From Octopus sinensis (lineage: Eukaryota): DNA of 64,000 nt. The notes under the pieces are model-generated. The model was given only the letters and a program-made list of their open reading frames with translations. It searched no databases and had not been told where the DNA came from. A program made the position numbers and the translations under genes. This document shows, piece after piece, positions 49,901 to 64,000 of this stretch; positions within the stretch are counted from its first letter, which is position 1; each line of letters begins with the position of its first letter. Location: contig NW_021832128.1 of assembly GCF_006345805.1 (NCBI RefSeq), forward strand, positions 136,001-200,000. The letters are read 5' to 3'.

Positions 49901-52900
49901 GATATATGCGTGAAAGGACCCAAGACGCCTTGACCTACGTGCGCATTTACGGCCGGCTGGACCTCTTTATCACCTACACGTGCAATCCCAGCTGCGACGA
50001 AATCACTCGCGAACTCCTCCCGGGTCAATCTCACACCCATCGACACGACATCGTTGCTAGGGTTTTCGGTCTGAATTTGGGCAAAATGAAGGATTTGATA
50101 GTTAAGGGTCAGATTTTCGGGCATGTCAGGTGCCACATGTTTTCGGTTGAGTGGCCAAAGAGGGGCTTGCCACATGCTCACATCTTAATTTGGCTAACTC
50201 ATAAAATCGAGACTAATGATATTGACAAATTCATTTCCGCCGAAATTCCTGACCCCGATGAGGACCCCGAACTCTACGAAATTGCCCGCACTACCATGGT
50301 ACATGGGCCCTGTGGACCAAATTACGCCAACACACCATGCTGCAACAACGGATTAGCCTGCTCAAAGGGATTCCCTAAACGGTTCACTTTGGAGACTCAA
50401 ACAGGCGGCGATGGGTATCCTCTGTACAAACGAAGGAGTCCAGCCAATGGAGGCCGCACGATTACGGTTGGGCGACATCAAGTGGACAACAGCTACATTG
50501 TCCCCTACTGTCCTCTCCTGTCGAAGATATTCAAAGCCCACGTCAACGTTGAGTTCTTCAGCTCTATCAGGTCAATACAATATGTCTGCAAATATATCAA
50601 CAAAGGCAGCGATGCTGCCATGTTCAGCATCCAGAGGACCACCAGTTGCGACGAAGTGTCCAACTACTTGGCTGGCCGGTACCTCAGCAGCAACGAAGCG
50701 TTTTGGCGCATTTACGGCTTCCCGCTCCATCAGAGACACCCGGCTGTGGTGCAGCTTGCTGTACACTTGGAAAATGGACAGCGGATTTACTTCACAGAGC
50801 AAAGTGCTGTGCAGATAGCCACCAGCCCTAAAGACACAACGTTGACTGGTTTCTTCAAATTATGCCAACGTGATGACTTCGCTCGAACGCTTTTGTACCC
50901 ACAGGTCCCATCGTACTTCGTGTGGTCTAAAAACACCTGGGTTCGACGGAAATCCGGCAAAAACGTTGAAGGCTTCCCAGGCGTCAAGTTTGACTCCTGC
51001 CTGGGTCGAGTTTACAACATCCCGCCAAACCAGCAAGAATGCTTCTACCTCCGTCTCCTACATGAGGTCACTGGTCCAACAGGTTTTGGCAATATACGTA
51101 CCGTCAATGGGGTTCTGTGCGACACCTTCAGGGAAGCATGTATGAGACTTGGCCTTCTAGAGGATGACTCCCAGTGGGACGACACGATGGCAGAGGGCGC
51201 TTTACTGCAAACGCCTTTGGCCCTACGACATCTTTTCGCAATCCTTCTTCAAAAATATCAGCTTAGTCACCCACTAAGTCTCTGGATGAAATACAGGGAT
51301 GACATGTTGCACGACTTCTTACGTACGGCTCAGCAACACTGCCCTTCCGCCGAGATCACGTTCACCAACTTCATTTACAATTTTGCGCTCATTCAACTCG
51401 AAGACGCTGTCATCGATATGGATGGGTCTGCTTTAACAGAGTACGGCCTTCCACCACCCACACGTGAACACGCCAATGTTATGTCTGCTGAATTGTTACG
51501 CGAAAATTCCTACTGCATTGAGGAACTGCACTAGTACGTCCAAGATAATGAACCATGGCTGCTTCCAGACCAGTGCATAGCCTACAACACCATCGTAGAC
51601 TCTGTCAGACAGCAACGTGGGGGGATCTTCTTCCTTGATGCACCCGGCGGCACTGGCAAAACCTTCGTCACTAAACTAATTCTGGCGGAGGTCAGACGCA
51701 ACACGGACATTGCCCTGGCTGTAGCTTCCTCTGGTATCGCGGCCACGTTGCTTCCGGGTGGCAGAACCACCCACTCTGCCTTCAGACTCCCGCTTGATCT
51801 GGCAAAGTCCGAGTCACCTATCTGCAACATCGCCAAGAACTCAGAACAGGCCGACATTCTGTGCAGATGCAAACTCATCGTATGGGACGAGTGCACTATG
51901 GCACACAAAGGCGCCCTTGAGGCACTGGACAGGTCCCTGCAAGACATCAGAGACTCTACGGCCCCCATGGGAGGATTAACTTTACTTCTTTCAGGAGACT
52001 TCAGGCAGACTCTACCTGTTATTCCAAAAGGAACCCATGCCGATGCCGTGCGCGCGTGCCTTAAGTCGTCAGCTCTTTGGGCACATGTGCGGCCCTTGCA
52101 CCTCCAAACTAACATGCGCGCGCAGTTATTGGTGACAGCGGATCCGCTGCATTCTCCAGGGACCTCTTATCGCTCGGTGAAAATAGGATGCTGGCTGATG
52201 CGGATGGCTGCGTTCAATTGGACTCACTTTGCACCATTGTCGACACCCCTGCTAGCCTCCGGGACGCTGTCTTCCACGACCTACAAAACAATTTACGCGA
52301 CCTAAAATGGCTGGCAGGCAGAGCTATTCTCGCACCCAAAAATACAACCGTCAACTCCATCAATATCCAGCTACTTGAAGCTATTCCTGGTGATGTCCAC
52401 GTCTACAAATCTATAGATAGGACAGCAGACCCCGCCCAGCTTGCTGATTATCCTGTTGAATTCCTGAATTCACTTGAGCCGCCACACATCCTGAAGTTAA
52501 AAGTCGGTGCGCCCATTATGCTCATCAGGAATTTGGTTCCACCTAAACAGTGCAACGGCACATGTTTGGTTGTGAAACATTTGGCACCACATTTAATAAC
52601 GGCCACAATACTTACCGGTTGTGGGAAGGGAGAGGACGTCTTCATTCCACGGATGCACCTTCAACCGTCGGGCGCTGACCTACCAATCCACTTCAGGCGT
52701 TCTCAGTTTCCTGTTAAACTCTGCTTCGCAATGTCCATCAATAAATCCCAAGGCCAAACGCTACAAGTCGCTGGGTTACATTTGGGCGATCAGTGCTTCG
52801 CCCACGGTCAACTCTACGTGGGTGTTCACGCGTTGGGAGGCGCAGTGATGTTTTCATGTTTTCGCCCAAACGGACAGCTAGGAACATCGTATATACAGAA

Positions 52901-53034
52901 GTATTCGAGTGAAGACAAGACATTGCAACGTCCACATGCACCTTCGTTCCTTGGAGGGAAAGGACTACATTGGGATTAGTCGTTGCCTACTAGGGGCTCT
53001 TACATACCCGGGCAACGCCGGGCTATGCTGCTAG
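46910..53034 (+). mobile_element. Near-full-length Helitron (6.1 kb) with intact termini
   Basis: A|TC 5' end; 3' hairpin CCCGG-GCAACG-CCGGG (53007-53022) then CTAG|T; no TSD. Confidence 0.95.
48058..52979 (+). pseudogene. Helitron Rep/Helicase, lightly disrupted
   Basis: Basic repetitive N-terminus. Rep motifs DLFITYTCNP, VEWPKRGLPHAHILIW and YVCKYINKG; Pif1 motifs GGTGKT, IVWDEC, GDFRQTLPVI and QFPVKLCFAMSINKSQGQTL. Stops at ~48874, ~49002 and 51532; frameshift near 52130. Confidence 0.93.
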
Positions 53035-53061
53035 TTTATGTATATATTTATATATATATAT

Positions 53062-53206
53062 AGGGTTTAGCAACAAGTTGCTTGACCATATACCGAAAAT
53101 TTTTAGAAATAGCAGAAAAAGGAAATAGAAAAAGAAAATAGTAGTCCTTTGGCTGCTATTTCTAAAAATTTTCGGTATATGGTCAAGCAACTTGTTGCTA
53201 AACCCT
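53062..53206. repeat. 145-bp inverted repeat with ~54-bp perfect arms
   Basis: AGGGTTTAGCAACAAGTTGCTTGACC...GGTCAAGCAACTTGTTGCTAAACCCT. The arm resembles 21657-21715 and the reverse complement of 57558-57615; no clean TSD. Confidence 0.85.
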
Positions 53207-53347
53207 TATTGTTATATTTATGTATAAAAAAAATTTTTGTATAAGTTCTTACCGAATATGGTCCTTTTCCATACTGAAATACTACTACTAGGTGAAATTT
53301 GTTGATTTTATTAAATTAATTATCTTTCACCCTACATCTGTAATGTA

Positions 53348-53382
<35 letters not shown>

Positions 53383-53399
53383 TTATATATATATATATA

Positions 53400-53615
53400 T
53401 ATCATCATCATCATCATTTAGCGTCCGCTTTCCATGCTAGCATGGGTTGGACGGTTCAACTGGGGTCTGTGAAGCCAGAAGGCTGCATCAGGCCCAATCT
53501 GATCTGGCAGTGTTTCTATGGCTGGATGCCCTTCCTAACGCCAACCACTCCATGAGTGTAGTGGGTGCTTTTTACGTGCTACCCGCACAGGAGCCAGACG
53601 GAGCTGGCAAACGGC
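53400..53615 (-). mobile_element. RTE 3'UTR fragment with (GAT)n tail
   Basis: Matches the reverse complement of 16120-16295. Confidence 0.85.
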
Positions 53616-54087
53616 CATTATTCTATATTTAACGAGACGTGAGGCTGATCGATAAAATTAGGGGGCGAGCTATAGGATTATATATATATTTAAACACAAG
53701 ACATGAGACATCGATATATTCAGATGAACTATTGAATTATATATATATATATATAACACGAGGCATGAGGCTGAAATAGACACAGTTATAACATAATAGA
53801 GATAAAGAGGGGTAATTAAAGAACAATCAATTGCACAGAAATATTTCTGGTAAGTACGGGCTGAATTAAATTAAATTGCTTAGCTGGAATTCATTTTTCG
53901 GTTTGATTCAAACAGTTTGAATCAAAGTGGGACCGTTATTATTATTCAGTCGCTATTGTATATGCATATAGGGAAGTGGGAGGTCGAGTGGCGATAGAAA
54001 GAGATGGAAAGACAATGTGAAGAGGAGATAGAGAAAAACATATCGAGAGGGGGGGGGTCGTGGCCCGCGAAAAGTAGCAGCCATATA

Positions 54088-54250
54088 TCTCTTCTCTATC
54101 TTCTCTATATATAAAACTGAATTGCGTTTTTACCGCTTGGATCGCTTTCAATGCCACTACATCCCGTCCGATTCGCTCCAAAATTTACAGGGACATGTAG
54201 AATGAGGTGACGATGCGCGTGGGCTACCTTAGAAATCCCTATCTTAAAAG
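54088..54250 (+). mobile_element. Probable Helitron 5' fragment of another family
   Basis: A|TCTTCTCTATATATAAAACTGAA, similar to the other Helitron 5' ends in the window. Confidence 0.45.
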
Positions 54251-54827
54251 GTGTGGTTGCTAGGGGCCATCTTCCTCACTCACCCTATTTCCTCCTTTCC
54301 CCTCTCTTACTCCTCTTCATAACTTTCAGAAGTCCACTACGTCACTATCGCTATTTCCTTTCTTTTTCACTGACTCTGTTTCCTACCTTCCTATCACTTC
54401 GGCGGCGTTCTTTTAAGTATATGTCTGTCACCAACAAACAACACACGAGCATGAGAACAAATATTATGAATCAGATATTCTTGCGTTCATTTATATGTGT
54501 GTGTGTGTGTTCTATATATAAATATGTATATATAATGTATGTGCGTGTGTGTGTGTGTTCTATATATAAATATGTATATATAATGTATGTGTGTGTGTGT
54601 TCTATATATAAATATGTATATATAATGTATGTGTGTGTGTGTGTGTGTTCCATATATAAATATGTATATATAATGTATATATACAAAGTGTATATATCTG
54701 TATTTATGTATATTAAACTTTTTCATACTTTTTCATAGTTATATATATTTTTAAACAAATTATAAATATAATTTAATAATTTTTATTTTCAATTTAAATA
54801 ATTTAAAGTTTTCAATTTTATATTTTA

Positions 54828-55333
54828 CTAGCAGTATCGCCCTGCGTTGCTCGGGTTTGTAAGGGAAATAACTATATAAGCATTTTTAGTGAGTTATAGC
54901 CAAAAAAAATAGCAAAAAATGCATTGAAAATGGAATAAAAAATGATAGTAATTTTTTTTTTAAATCGTTGACTCATCGTAGACATTTTTAGAGAGTTACT
55001 TCCCTTATATAATAGCGAAAAATGCATTAAAATGGAATAAAAAATTATGGTAATTTTTTTTTTAATCGTTGACTCATCGTAGACATTTTTAGAGAGTTAC
55101 TTCCCTTATATAATAGCAAAAAATGCATTAAAATGGAATAAAAAATGATGGTAAATTTTTTTTTAAATCGTAGACTCATCGTAGACGCGCGCTAATACCC
55201 AGAAGGGCTCGATATGAATCACGACTATAAGATACCCGGTTTTGGTTACACTGCACCGCAAAATGTGGGAGTGGTTAGGAATCTAAATCGTAGAGGACAG
55301 ACACTCACACAACAACAGTTTTATATATATAGA
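54828..55333 (-). mobile_element. Non-autonomous Helitron with ~115-bp internal tandem repeats
   Basis: A|TCTATATATATAAAACTGTTG...CCCGAGCAACGCAGGG...CTAG|T. The 3' ~90 bp is shared with the 40448 element. Confidence 0.88.
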
Positions 55334-56328
55334 TATATTTTATATGTTATATTTTCTTTTTTTGTTTTTGTTTTTTCACTGTTTGATTTGCCTATTAGTG
55401 GTTTTATCTCTAATTTAATTTATACAGATATATATCTCATTTGTATACATTTGTATATATAATGCGTGCACACACACACACACACATATATATATATACA
55501 CATATATATATAATGTGTGCATTACGTAGTCGGTCGATTCAGCTGAAAATATGCACACCTATGTTAAAGGTGCTGACAAGTTTGCATGACAACTATTTTT
55601 TTCCTCAACTGAAAGGCGTCACCTCTAGGACAAAATTCCTCATCTTATAAAATGTGGCCCCAGTAGACCCGAATGAAATCGGGTTATATTAACCAAAATG
55701 TGAAAAGGGGTCTAAATGGGGCTGGAAGGGGATTAAAATTTCTAGGAGTGGGTGTTTAGGAATTTTCTGTTACATCAAGCTAAAAAATTTGCACCAGCCT
55801 TTTAATCGTCAATGTGTTGCCGTCCATGATAAAGAAGTTTTGAATGCTTGCCATGGTGAGTCTACTGTCGTGAGAAAGAATCACTTCAAAACTTGGTGTT
55901 TACGAATCTTCTTTTACATCAAGTTCAAAATTTTACGCCAGCCGTTAAACTGTCACAACGTTGCTGTCCGTCATTAACAAATGCCAGCCATGGTGACTCT
56001 ACTATCCTCAGATTCTATCCCTTCAAACTTTGGTTTCCAATATTTTATTATTTTTATTCAGCTCGCAAGTTCGTCTGTCCCTTTTAAATGTTAGCGTTTT
56101 GCTGTCTGCCTTGAAGCAGACCTTTCCATTGCCACTGCCTCATATTTCTGATTGATCTTTCTAAATATTTTATTTCTCAACTTACTCAAGATCTTCTGTT
56201 GTTTATAAATGGGAGAGAGATAGAAAGATAGAGAGTAAGAGAAAGCGAGGGAGAGTCCGAGAGAAAAGAAAAGTAAGAGAGTGGGAAGTGAGAGAGAGAG
56301 AGAAAGGAGAGAGAAACAAATACGGAGA

Positions 56329-56643
56329 ATCATCATCATCATCATCATCGTTTAACGTCCGTTTTCCGTGCTAGCACGGGTTGGGCAGTGTGGCCGGGGT
56401 CTCGGAAGCCAGGAAGTTGCACCAGGATCCAGTCTGATCTGGCAGTGTTTCTACAGGTGGATGATCTTCCTAACGCCAACCACTCTGTGAGTGTAGTGAG
56501 TGCTTTTTTTGTGCCGCCAGCACTGGTGCCAGGGGGGCTCGCAGTGGCAACGATCGGTTGGTGCTTTTTACGTGCCACCGGCACAGAAGCAAGCCAAGGC
56601 GGTGCTGCAATCGGCCACGTTCGGATGGTGCTTTTTACGTGCT
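56329..56643 (-). mobile_element. RTE 3'UTR fragment with (GAT)n tail
   Basis: Matches 9400-9750. Confidence 0.85.
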
Positions 56644-56710
56644 GAAAGGAAGCAACAGAAAGTAACCCCCACACTCTTACCCGCGCGTAGAGCGGGTCAC
56701 CTTCAGCTAG

Positions 56711-56791
<81 letters not shown>

Positions 56792-56848
56792 CTTATATAT
56801 ATATATATATATATATAATATATGTATATATATATAGATATATATATG

Positions 56849-56879
<31 letters not shown>

Positions 56880-56910
56880 GTATATATATTGTATATATAT
56901 ATAGTATATA

Positions 56911-56987
<77 letters not shown>

Positions 56988-57036
56988 ATATAATTATATA
57001 TATATATATATATTATATATATTATATATTTATATA

Positions 57037-57069
<33 letters not shown>

Positions 57070-57077
57070 ATTATATC

Positions 57078-57108
<31 letters not shown>

Positions 57109-57112
57109 ATAT

Positions 57113-57219
<107 letters not shown>

Positions 57220-57239
57220 ATATATTTATATATTATATT

Positions 57240-57720
<481 letters not shown>

Positions 57721-57756
57721 TATAATAGATATATAATATATATATATATATAATAG

Positions 57757-57813
<57 letters not shown>

Positions 57814-57886
57814 TATATATAATATATATATATAGATATTATATATATAGATATATATATATATATATTATATATATATATAATAG

Positions 57887-57938
<52 letters not shown>

Positions 57939-57954
57939 ATATATATATATATAA

Positions 57955-58058
<104 letters not shown>

Positions 58059-58202
58059 AATAGATATATATATATATATAAATAGATATATATATTATAT
58101 ATGTATAGATATATATATATATATGTATATAGTATATATATATATATAAATAGATATATATATAATATATATATATGTATTAGATATATATATATATATA
58201 TA

Positions 58203-58245
<43 letters not shown>

Positions 58246-58278
58246 TTATATATTATATATATATATATATGTATATTA

Positions 58279-58316
<38 letters not shown>

Positions 58317-58460
58317 TAAATGATATATATATATATATATATATGTATAGAATATATATATAATAGATATATATATATATATATATGTATAGATATATAT
58401 ATATATATTATATATATATATGTAAATAGATATATATATATATATCTGTATATATATATA

Positions 58461-60540
58461 TCCTTAAATCCTTAAATCCTTAAAAATGTTTTAGCCCGAA
58501 GGCCGCGGCCATGCTGGGGCACCACCGCTGAATGAGCCACACTAGTTTGTGAATCCACCTCTGATACGTGGCACTTGATCAACAAGGGAGTTCGATGCTG
58601 CTGCCCGCATCCGCGTCTCCTGTCGTGAGGTAGGTTCATCTGGGACTTCCAACAAGAAGAGATCCAGTTTAGTTTTAAAGAAACCCACATCCACACCATG
58701 TAAGTCTCTCAGGCATTTAGGGAGGATGTTGAAAAGCTGTGGTCCTCTGAAACCCAAGCTGTTGCAGTATCTGGACCTGTATTTTGATGGTGATGTTGGA
58801 ATCCTTGGCACCACGCAGCGGCGCCCCGTTCTGCGGTTGGAGTAACTTTGGGATAAGACCCTCCAGGATTTTCCAGATGTATATTACTGCATATCTCTCC
58901 CGCCTCCGCTCCAGGGAGAAGAGGTTTAATACCTTCAGTCTTTCCCAGTAGCTGACATTTTGCATTGAGACGATTTTCTTTGTGTAGCTTCTCTGAGTTG
59001 CTTCGAGTTCTGCTGTTTGTTTTATATTGTGTGGTGACCAAAGTTGGGAGCAGTAGTCCAAGCGGCTGAGGACAAATGTTTTCCATAGGACCATCAGTGT
59101 CTCCTTCTCTCTTGTTCTGAAAGTTCGGAGAATCCATCCAGCTAGCCGTCTGCATTTTATCACCAGATTAGCAATATGCATTTGGAAAGATGCATCATTG
59201 CTCATGTCAATGCCCAGGTCACGCACTGATTTTGACTCAGGGATTGCAATTCTTCCTGGGCCAGTGTATCCAGTCTTCACGTCATTTACCTTTGTGTGCC
59301 AGTAGCGCAGGGCCTGGAACTTACCTGCATTAAACTGCATGTTGTTGTCCTCAGCCCACCTGTATATTGTGTCCAGCTCATGTTGCAGATGCGCAATATT
59401 TTCAGGGTTCTGTATTGCGTGGGAGACCTTTGTGTCATCTGCATAGCTAGCAAGGGTGGTCATCGTAGCAACTGAAGGCATGTCTGAAAGGGCCACTATG
59501 AACATCAGTGGCCCCAAGACAGTGCCCTGTGGGACACCGCTTGTTATTTGCGTTCCCTGGAGGTGGCTCCATTGCTCACAACTGCCTGTTTTCTGTCTTT
59601 TAGGAAGTTGTGCAGCCACTCTCCAAGTTTCCCGCCTATGCCGAGACCACGCAGTTTATGACAGATCATACCATGGTCGACTTTATCAAAGGCTTTTGCA
59701 AAGTCAAGATATATTACATCCACATTTGAGCCATTTAGTAGCTGTTTCAACCACCCAGTCATAGTGCTGCAGGAGCTGTGTTAGGCAGCCTCTACCTGGT
59801 CGAAATCCATGCTGGGTGTCAGACAGTAAGTCATTTTCTTCAAGGACATGATTAGTTTCTTACGGACTATTCGTTCCATGACTTTGCTGATGTGTGAGGT
59901 CAGAGAGATAGGCCTATAATTTTTAGCATCTGCTCTGCTACCTCCCTTATGGATAGGGCATATTACCCCCTCTTTCACTCCCCACTTGCAAGAAAGCTCT
60001 GAAAAAGAAGCTGTAGCGGTTTTGCAAGGGCTCGTTTGCACGATTTGAGAAGGATCGCTGGGAATCCATCAGGTCCAGCAGCTGAGTTTGTGTCAATCTC
60101 ATCAATGGCTAGTGTGATATCATCTTCTTCGATGTTGATGTACTCAATTTTTGTCTCTTTGGCCGCTGGTAAAGTGGCAAAGAATTCTTCTGGGTTGTTT
60201 ACTTGCTGTGTCCTAGAGGTGTGTAGTGAACACACTTTGGAACTGTTCGTTCAGTATTTCACTTATCCTCGTGGGATTTCCTGTGAGAGAGCCATCTTTT
60301 TGGAAGAGAGGTCCTATTCTCTGGTGCACTGTGGCTGTCTCTTTGGCAAACTTAAAGAAAGCTTTAGGGTTTGATTTTATATTTTCTATTACCCAAGCTT
60401 CTTTATCTGCTCTCTCTTTCATGGGACTGATGTAGACTTTTCTCAGTTTCCATTAGCATTCTTTCGAGCCGAGACTTCTCACCACTTTTGGTGTGCTTGC
60501 TCAGGCGGTTTGCAATCCTTGTCCGTCGTCTCATAAGAAT
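58461..60540 (-). mobile_element. 5'-truncated CR1-group LINE with (AAGGATTT)n tail
   Basis: AAGPDGFP, NYRPISLTS, YLDFAKAFDKVDH, SGVPQGTVLGPLMF, YADD, FSLERRRERY; frameshifted. TA on both flanks. Confidence 0.9.
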
Positions 60541-60679
60541 TATATATAAAAGTTAATATATATATATATGTATATTAATATATATATATATATTTATATG
60601 ATATATATATATATATCTATATATAAATATATATATATCTATTATATGTATGTATATATATATATATAGAATAAATAGA

Positions 60680-60711
<32 letters not shown>

Positions 60712-61286
60712 TATATATATATATGTATAAATATATATATATATATATAAATATATATAATATATATATATACATATAAATAATATATATTATATATTGT
60801 ATATATATATATTATATATGTATAAATATATATACATATATATAAATATATAGAATATATATATATATACATATAAATAGATATATATACATATAATATA
60901 AATAGATATATATATAAATAATATATATATATATATATAATATAAATATAATAGATATATTATATATATAAATAGATATATATATATATATAGATAGGTA
61001 TATATATAAAATATAATTAAATAATATTATATATATATTATATATATTATATATATATAAATATATAGATATATATAAAATATATATATATATCTATATA
61101 TATATTATACATTATAAATATATAATAGATATATATATAACTATATATATATATATATATAAATATATAATATTAAAGATATATATATAAATATATACTA
61201 TATATATATATAATATATATTTATATATATATATTATATATATATATATATTATATATATAATAATATATATATATATATATAAAT

Positions 61287-61329
<43 letters not shown>

Positions 61330-61362
61330 ATATATATATATATATAAATAATATATATATAT

Positions 61363-61408
<46 letters not shown>

Positions 61409-61480
61409 AATATATATATATATAATATAATATATATATATATATATATATAAATATATATAATAATATAATATATATAT

Positions 61481-61529
<49 letters not shown>

Positions 61530-61576
61530 TAATATATATATATATATATAATAATATATATAGATATATATATAAA

Positions 61577-61608
<32 letters not shown>

Positions 61609-61679
61609 TATATTATATATTATAAATTAGATATATATATATATATAATATATATATATATATATAATATATATATTCA

Positions 61680-61716
<37 letters not shown>

Positions 61717-61795
61717 TAATATATCTATATATATATAAAAAAAAATATATATAATATAATATATATATATATATAATATATATAAAATATATCTA

Positions 61796-61840
<45 letters not shown>

Positions 61841-61882
61841 TATATATAATAATATATATATATAATATATATATATATATAA

Positions 61883-61913
<31 letters not shown>

Positions 61914-62001
61914 AATATATATATATATTAATAAATATATATATATATATATAAATATATAATATATATAAATATAATATATATATATATATATATATAT
62001 C

Positions 62002-62035
<34 letters not shown>

Positions 62036-62083
62036 CTATATATATATATATTATATATATATAAATATATAATATATATAATA

Positions 62084-62160
<77 letters not shown>

Positions 62161-62333
62161 TATATATATAAAATATTATATATATATAAAATATATTATA
62201 TATATATATATATATATATAAATATATATATTATATATATAACTATATATATATATATATAAAATATATATAATATATATAAATATATATAATTATATAT
62301 ATATATAAATATAATATATATATATATAATATA

Positions 62334-62361
<28 letters not shown>
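60541..62361. repeat. ~1.8-kb degenerate (TA)n array
   Basis: Seen directly; almost no C or G. Confidence 0.95.
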
Positions 62362-62364
<3 letters not shown>

Positions 62365-62449
62365 TATTTGAGACAAAACCACTATTTTGCAAAACAAACA
62401 AGGAAAGACTTAATCAATACATAAAATTTAATAAATAGTCAAAAAACCG

Positions 62450-62492
62450 CCACTACAATCGTTTCTTGTCTTGATCGACAATCTTCAGGTGG
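62450..62492 (-). ncRNA. Minimal hammerhead, family F, left arm
   Basis: CCAC-CUGAAGA-UUGUC-GAUCAA-GACAA-GAAA-CGAUU-GUA-GUGG; all stems pair. Confidence 0.8.
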
Positions 62493-62538
62493 ACTTCCAA
62501 TAATTCAGTTACAAATTTGTAACTGAATTATTGGAAGT

Positions 62539-62581
62539 GCACCTGAAGATTGTCGATCAAGTCAAGAAACGATTGTAGTGG
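62539..62581 (+). ncRNA. Minimal hammerhead, family F, right arm
   Basis: GCAC-CUGAAGA-UUGUC-GAUCAA-GUCAA-GAAA-CGAUU-GUA-GUGG; one mismatch in stem II. Confidence 0.72.
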
Positions 62582-62754
62582 CGGTTTTTTTGACTATTTA
62601 TTAAATTTTATGTATTGATTAAGTCTTTCCTTGTTTGTTTTGCAAATAGTGGTTTTGTCTCAATAATATTTTATAATATTTTACTATAAAATTGGATTTA
62701 ATCCTAAATCTGATTTTTTTCCCTGTAAATTTGGATATATTCCCTAATATTTAT

Positions 62755-62794
<40 letters not shown>

Positions 62795-62796
<2 letters not shown>

Positions 62797-64000
62797 CTAC
62801 TGGCCCCGATGGATTCCCGGCAATCCTCCTAAAAGCATGTAAGAGAGTCCTAGCAAGACCACTGCAGTTCCTCTTTCAGAGCTTCCTTGCAGCTGGCAAA
62901 CTTCCAGGAAAACTGAAGGAAGGTAAAATATGCCCCATTCATAAAGGAGGTAGCAGAGCGGAGCCAAGAACTATAGACCTATCTCTCTGACCTCACCATC
63001 AGCAAGGTCATGGAACGAATAGTCAGAAGGAAGCTGATCACCTTCCTTGAAGAGAATGACTTGCTGCCCGACACCCAACATGGTTTCCGACCAGGGAGAA
63101 GTTGTTTAACTCAGCTCCTACAACACTATGACTGGGTGCTGAAACGGCTGCTCAAACCACTCAAATGTGGAAGTGATATATCTCGACTTTGCAAAGGCCT
63201 TTGATAAAGTCGATCATGGAATGATATGTCACAAACTGCGTGATCTCAACATAGTTGGAAAACTGGGAGAATGGCTTCATGACTTTCTGAAGGATAGAAT
63301 TCAGGTGGTAGTAGCCAATGGGGCCACCTCCATTAACACACAATAGTGAGCGGTGTTCCGCAGGGCACTGTTCTGGGACCACTACTGTTCATAATGGCCC
63401 TCTCAGACATGCCCTCAGCCACGCAGAGAGCCACGATCACAAGTTATGCAGATGATACAAAAGTTTCACAGGCAATACAGAACCCTGAGGACACTAAAAC
63501 CTGCAATGTGAGCTGGACGAAATATACAAGTGGGCTGAAAAGAATAGCATGCAGTTCAATGCTGGAAAGTTTCAAGCTTTATACTATCAGCATGCAAAAC
63601 TGAATGCAATACCCAATGAATACACTGGACACGGAGGGATTGCAATCCCAGAGGCACAATCAGTGCGTGACCTGGGTATTCACATGAGTGATGACGCGAC
63701 CTTTCATGTACATGTTGCTAAACTGACAATGAAATGTAGACGGCTGGCTGGATGGATTCTTAGAACCTTTACAACAAGAGAACAAGAAACCATGATGGTC
63801 CTCTGGAAGACACTTGTCCTAAGCCACTTTGACTATTGCTCTCAGCTATGGTCACCATCCAGTGTCAAGTTGATCACAGAACTTGAGGCGATCCAACGAA
63901 GCTACACAAAGAAGATAGCTTCTATGCAGAATGTAAGCTACTGGGAAAGACTCAAGAGATTAAAATTATATTCCCTGGAGCGTAGGCGGGAAAGATATGC
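62795..64000 (+). mobile_element. 5'-truncated CR1-group LINE, diverged relative of 58461-60540; runs off the window end
   Basis: QHGFRPGRSCLTQLL, SGVPQGTVLGPLLF, SYADDTK; frameshifts. Confidence 0.9.

Larger units (their letters stand above)
62362..62760. mobile_element. Penelope-like terminus with 5' inverted duplication forming a 307-bp spacerless palindrome (62362-62668)
   Basis: Centre acaaa|tttgt at 62515/62516. The arms differ by about 2 substitutions and 3 single-base indels. The right arm continues as an AT-rich tail. Confidence 0.8.

Overview
This is an AT-rich animal genomic window. The repeat content resembles Octopus or another coleoid cephalopod, which is an inference from remembered repeat families. 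It is mostly layered transposable elements separated by long (TA)n tracts. The only host gene I can support is an AAGAB/p34 orthologue on the + strand: coding exon 1 at 23557-23623 and exon 2 at 37201-37382, with a 13.6-kb intron 1 and an intron 2 that seems to run past the window end. Elements include RTE and CR1-group LINEs, two Gypsy LTR elements (one complete with both LTRs), a mariner, a MULE remnant, piggyBac-like and Merlin-like MITEs, a near-full-length Rep/Helicase Helitron with several derivatives, and a tRNA-like SINE. The main signal not shown by the ORF track is nine minimal type-I hammerhead ribozyme motifs from about six sequence families. They sit in Penelope-like terminal modules with direct or inverted duplications. 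They include a family with an ~80-90-nt insertion in loop II, two with a compensatory U3-A8 core variant, a 1.17-kb ribozyme-to-ribozyme unit, and a 307-bp palindrome with one ribozyme on each strand. All structures were folded and aligned by eye; no database search was run.
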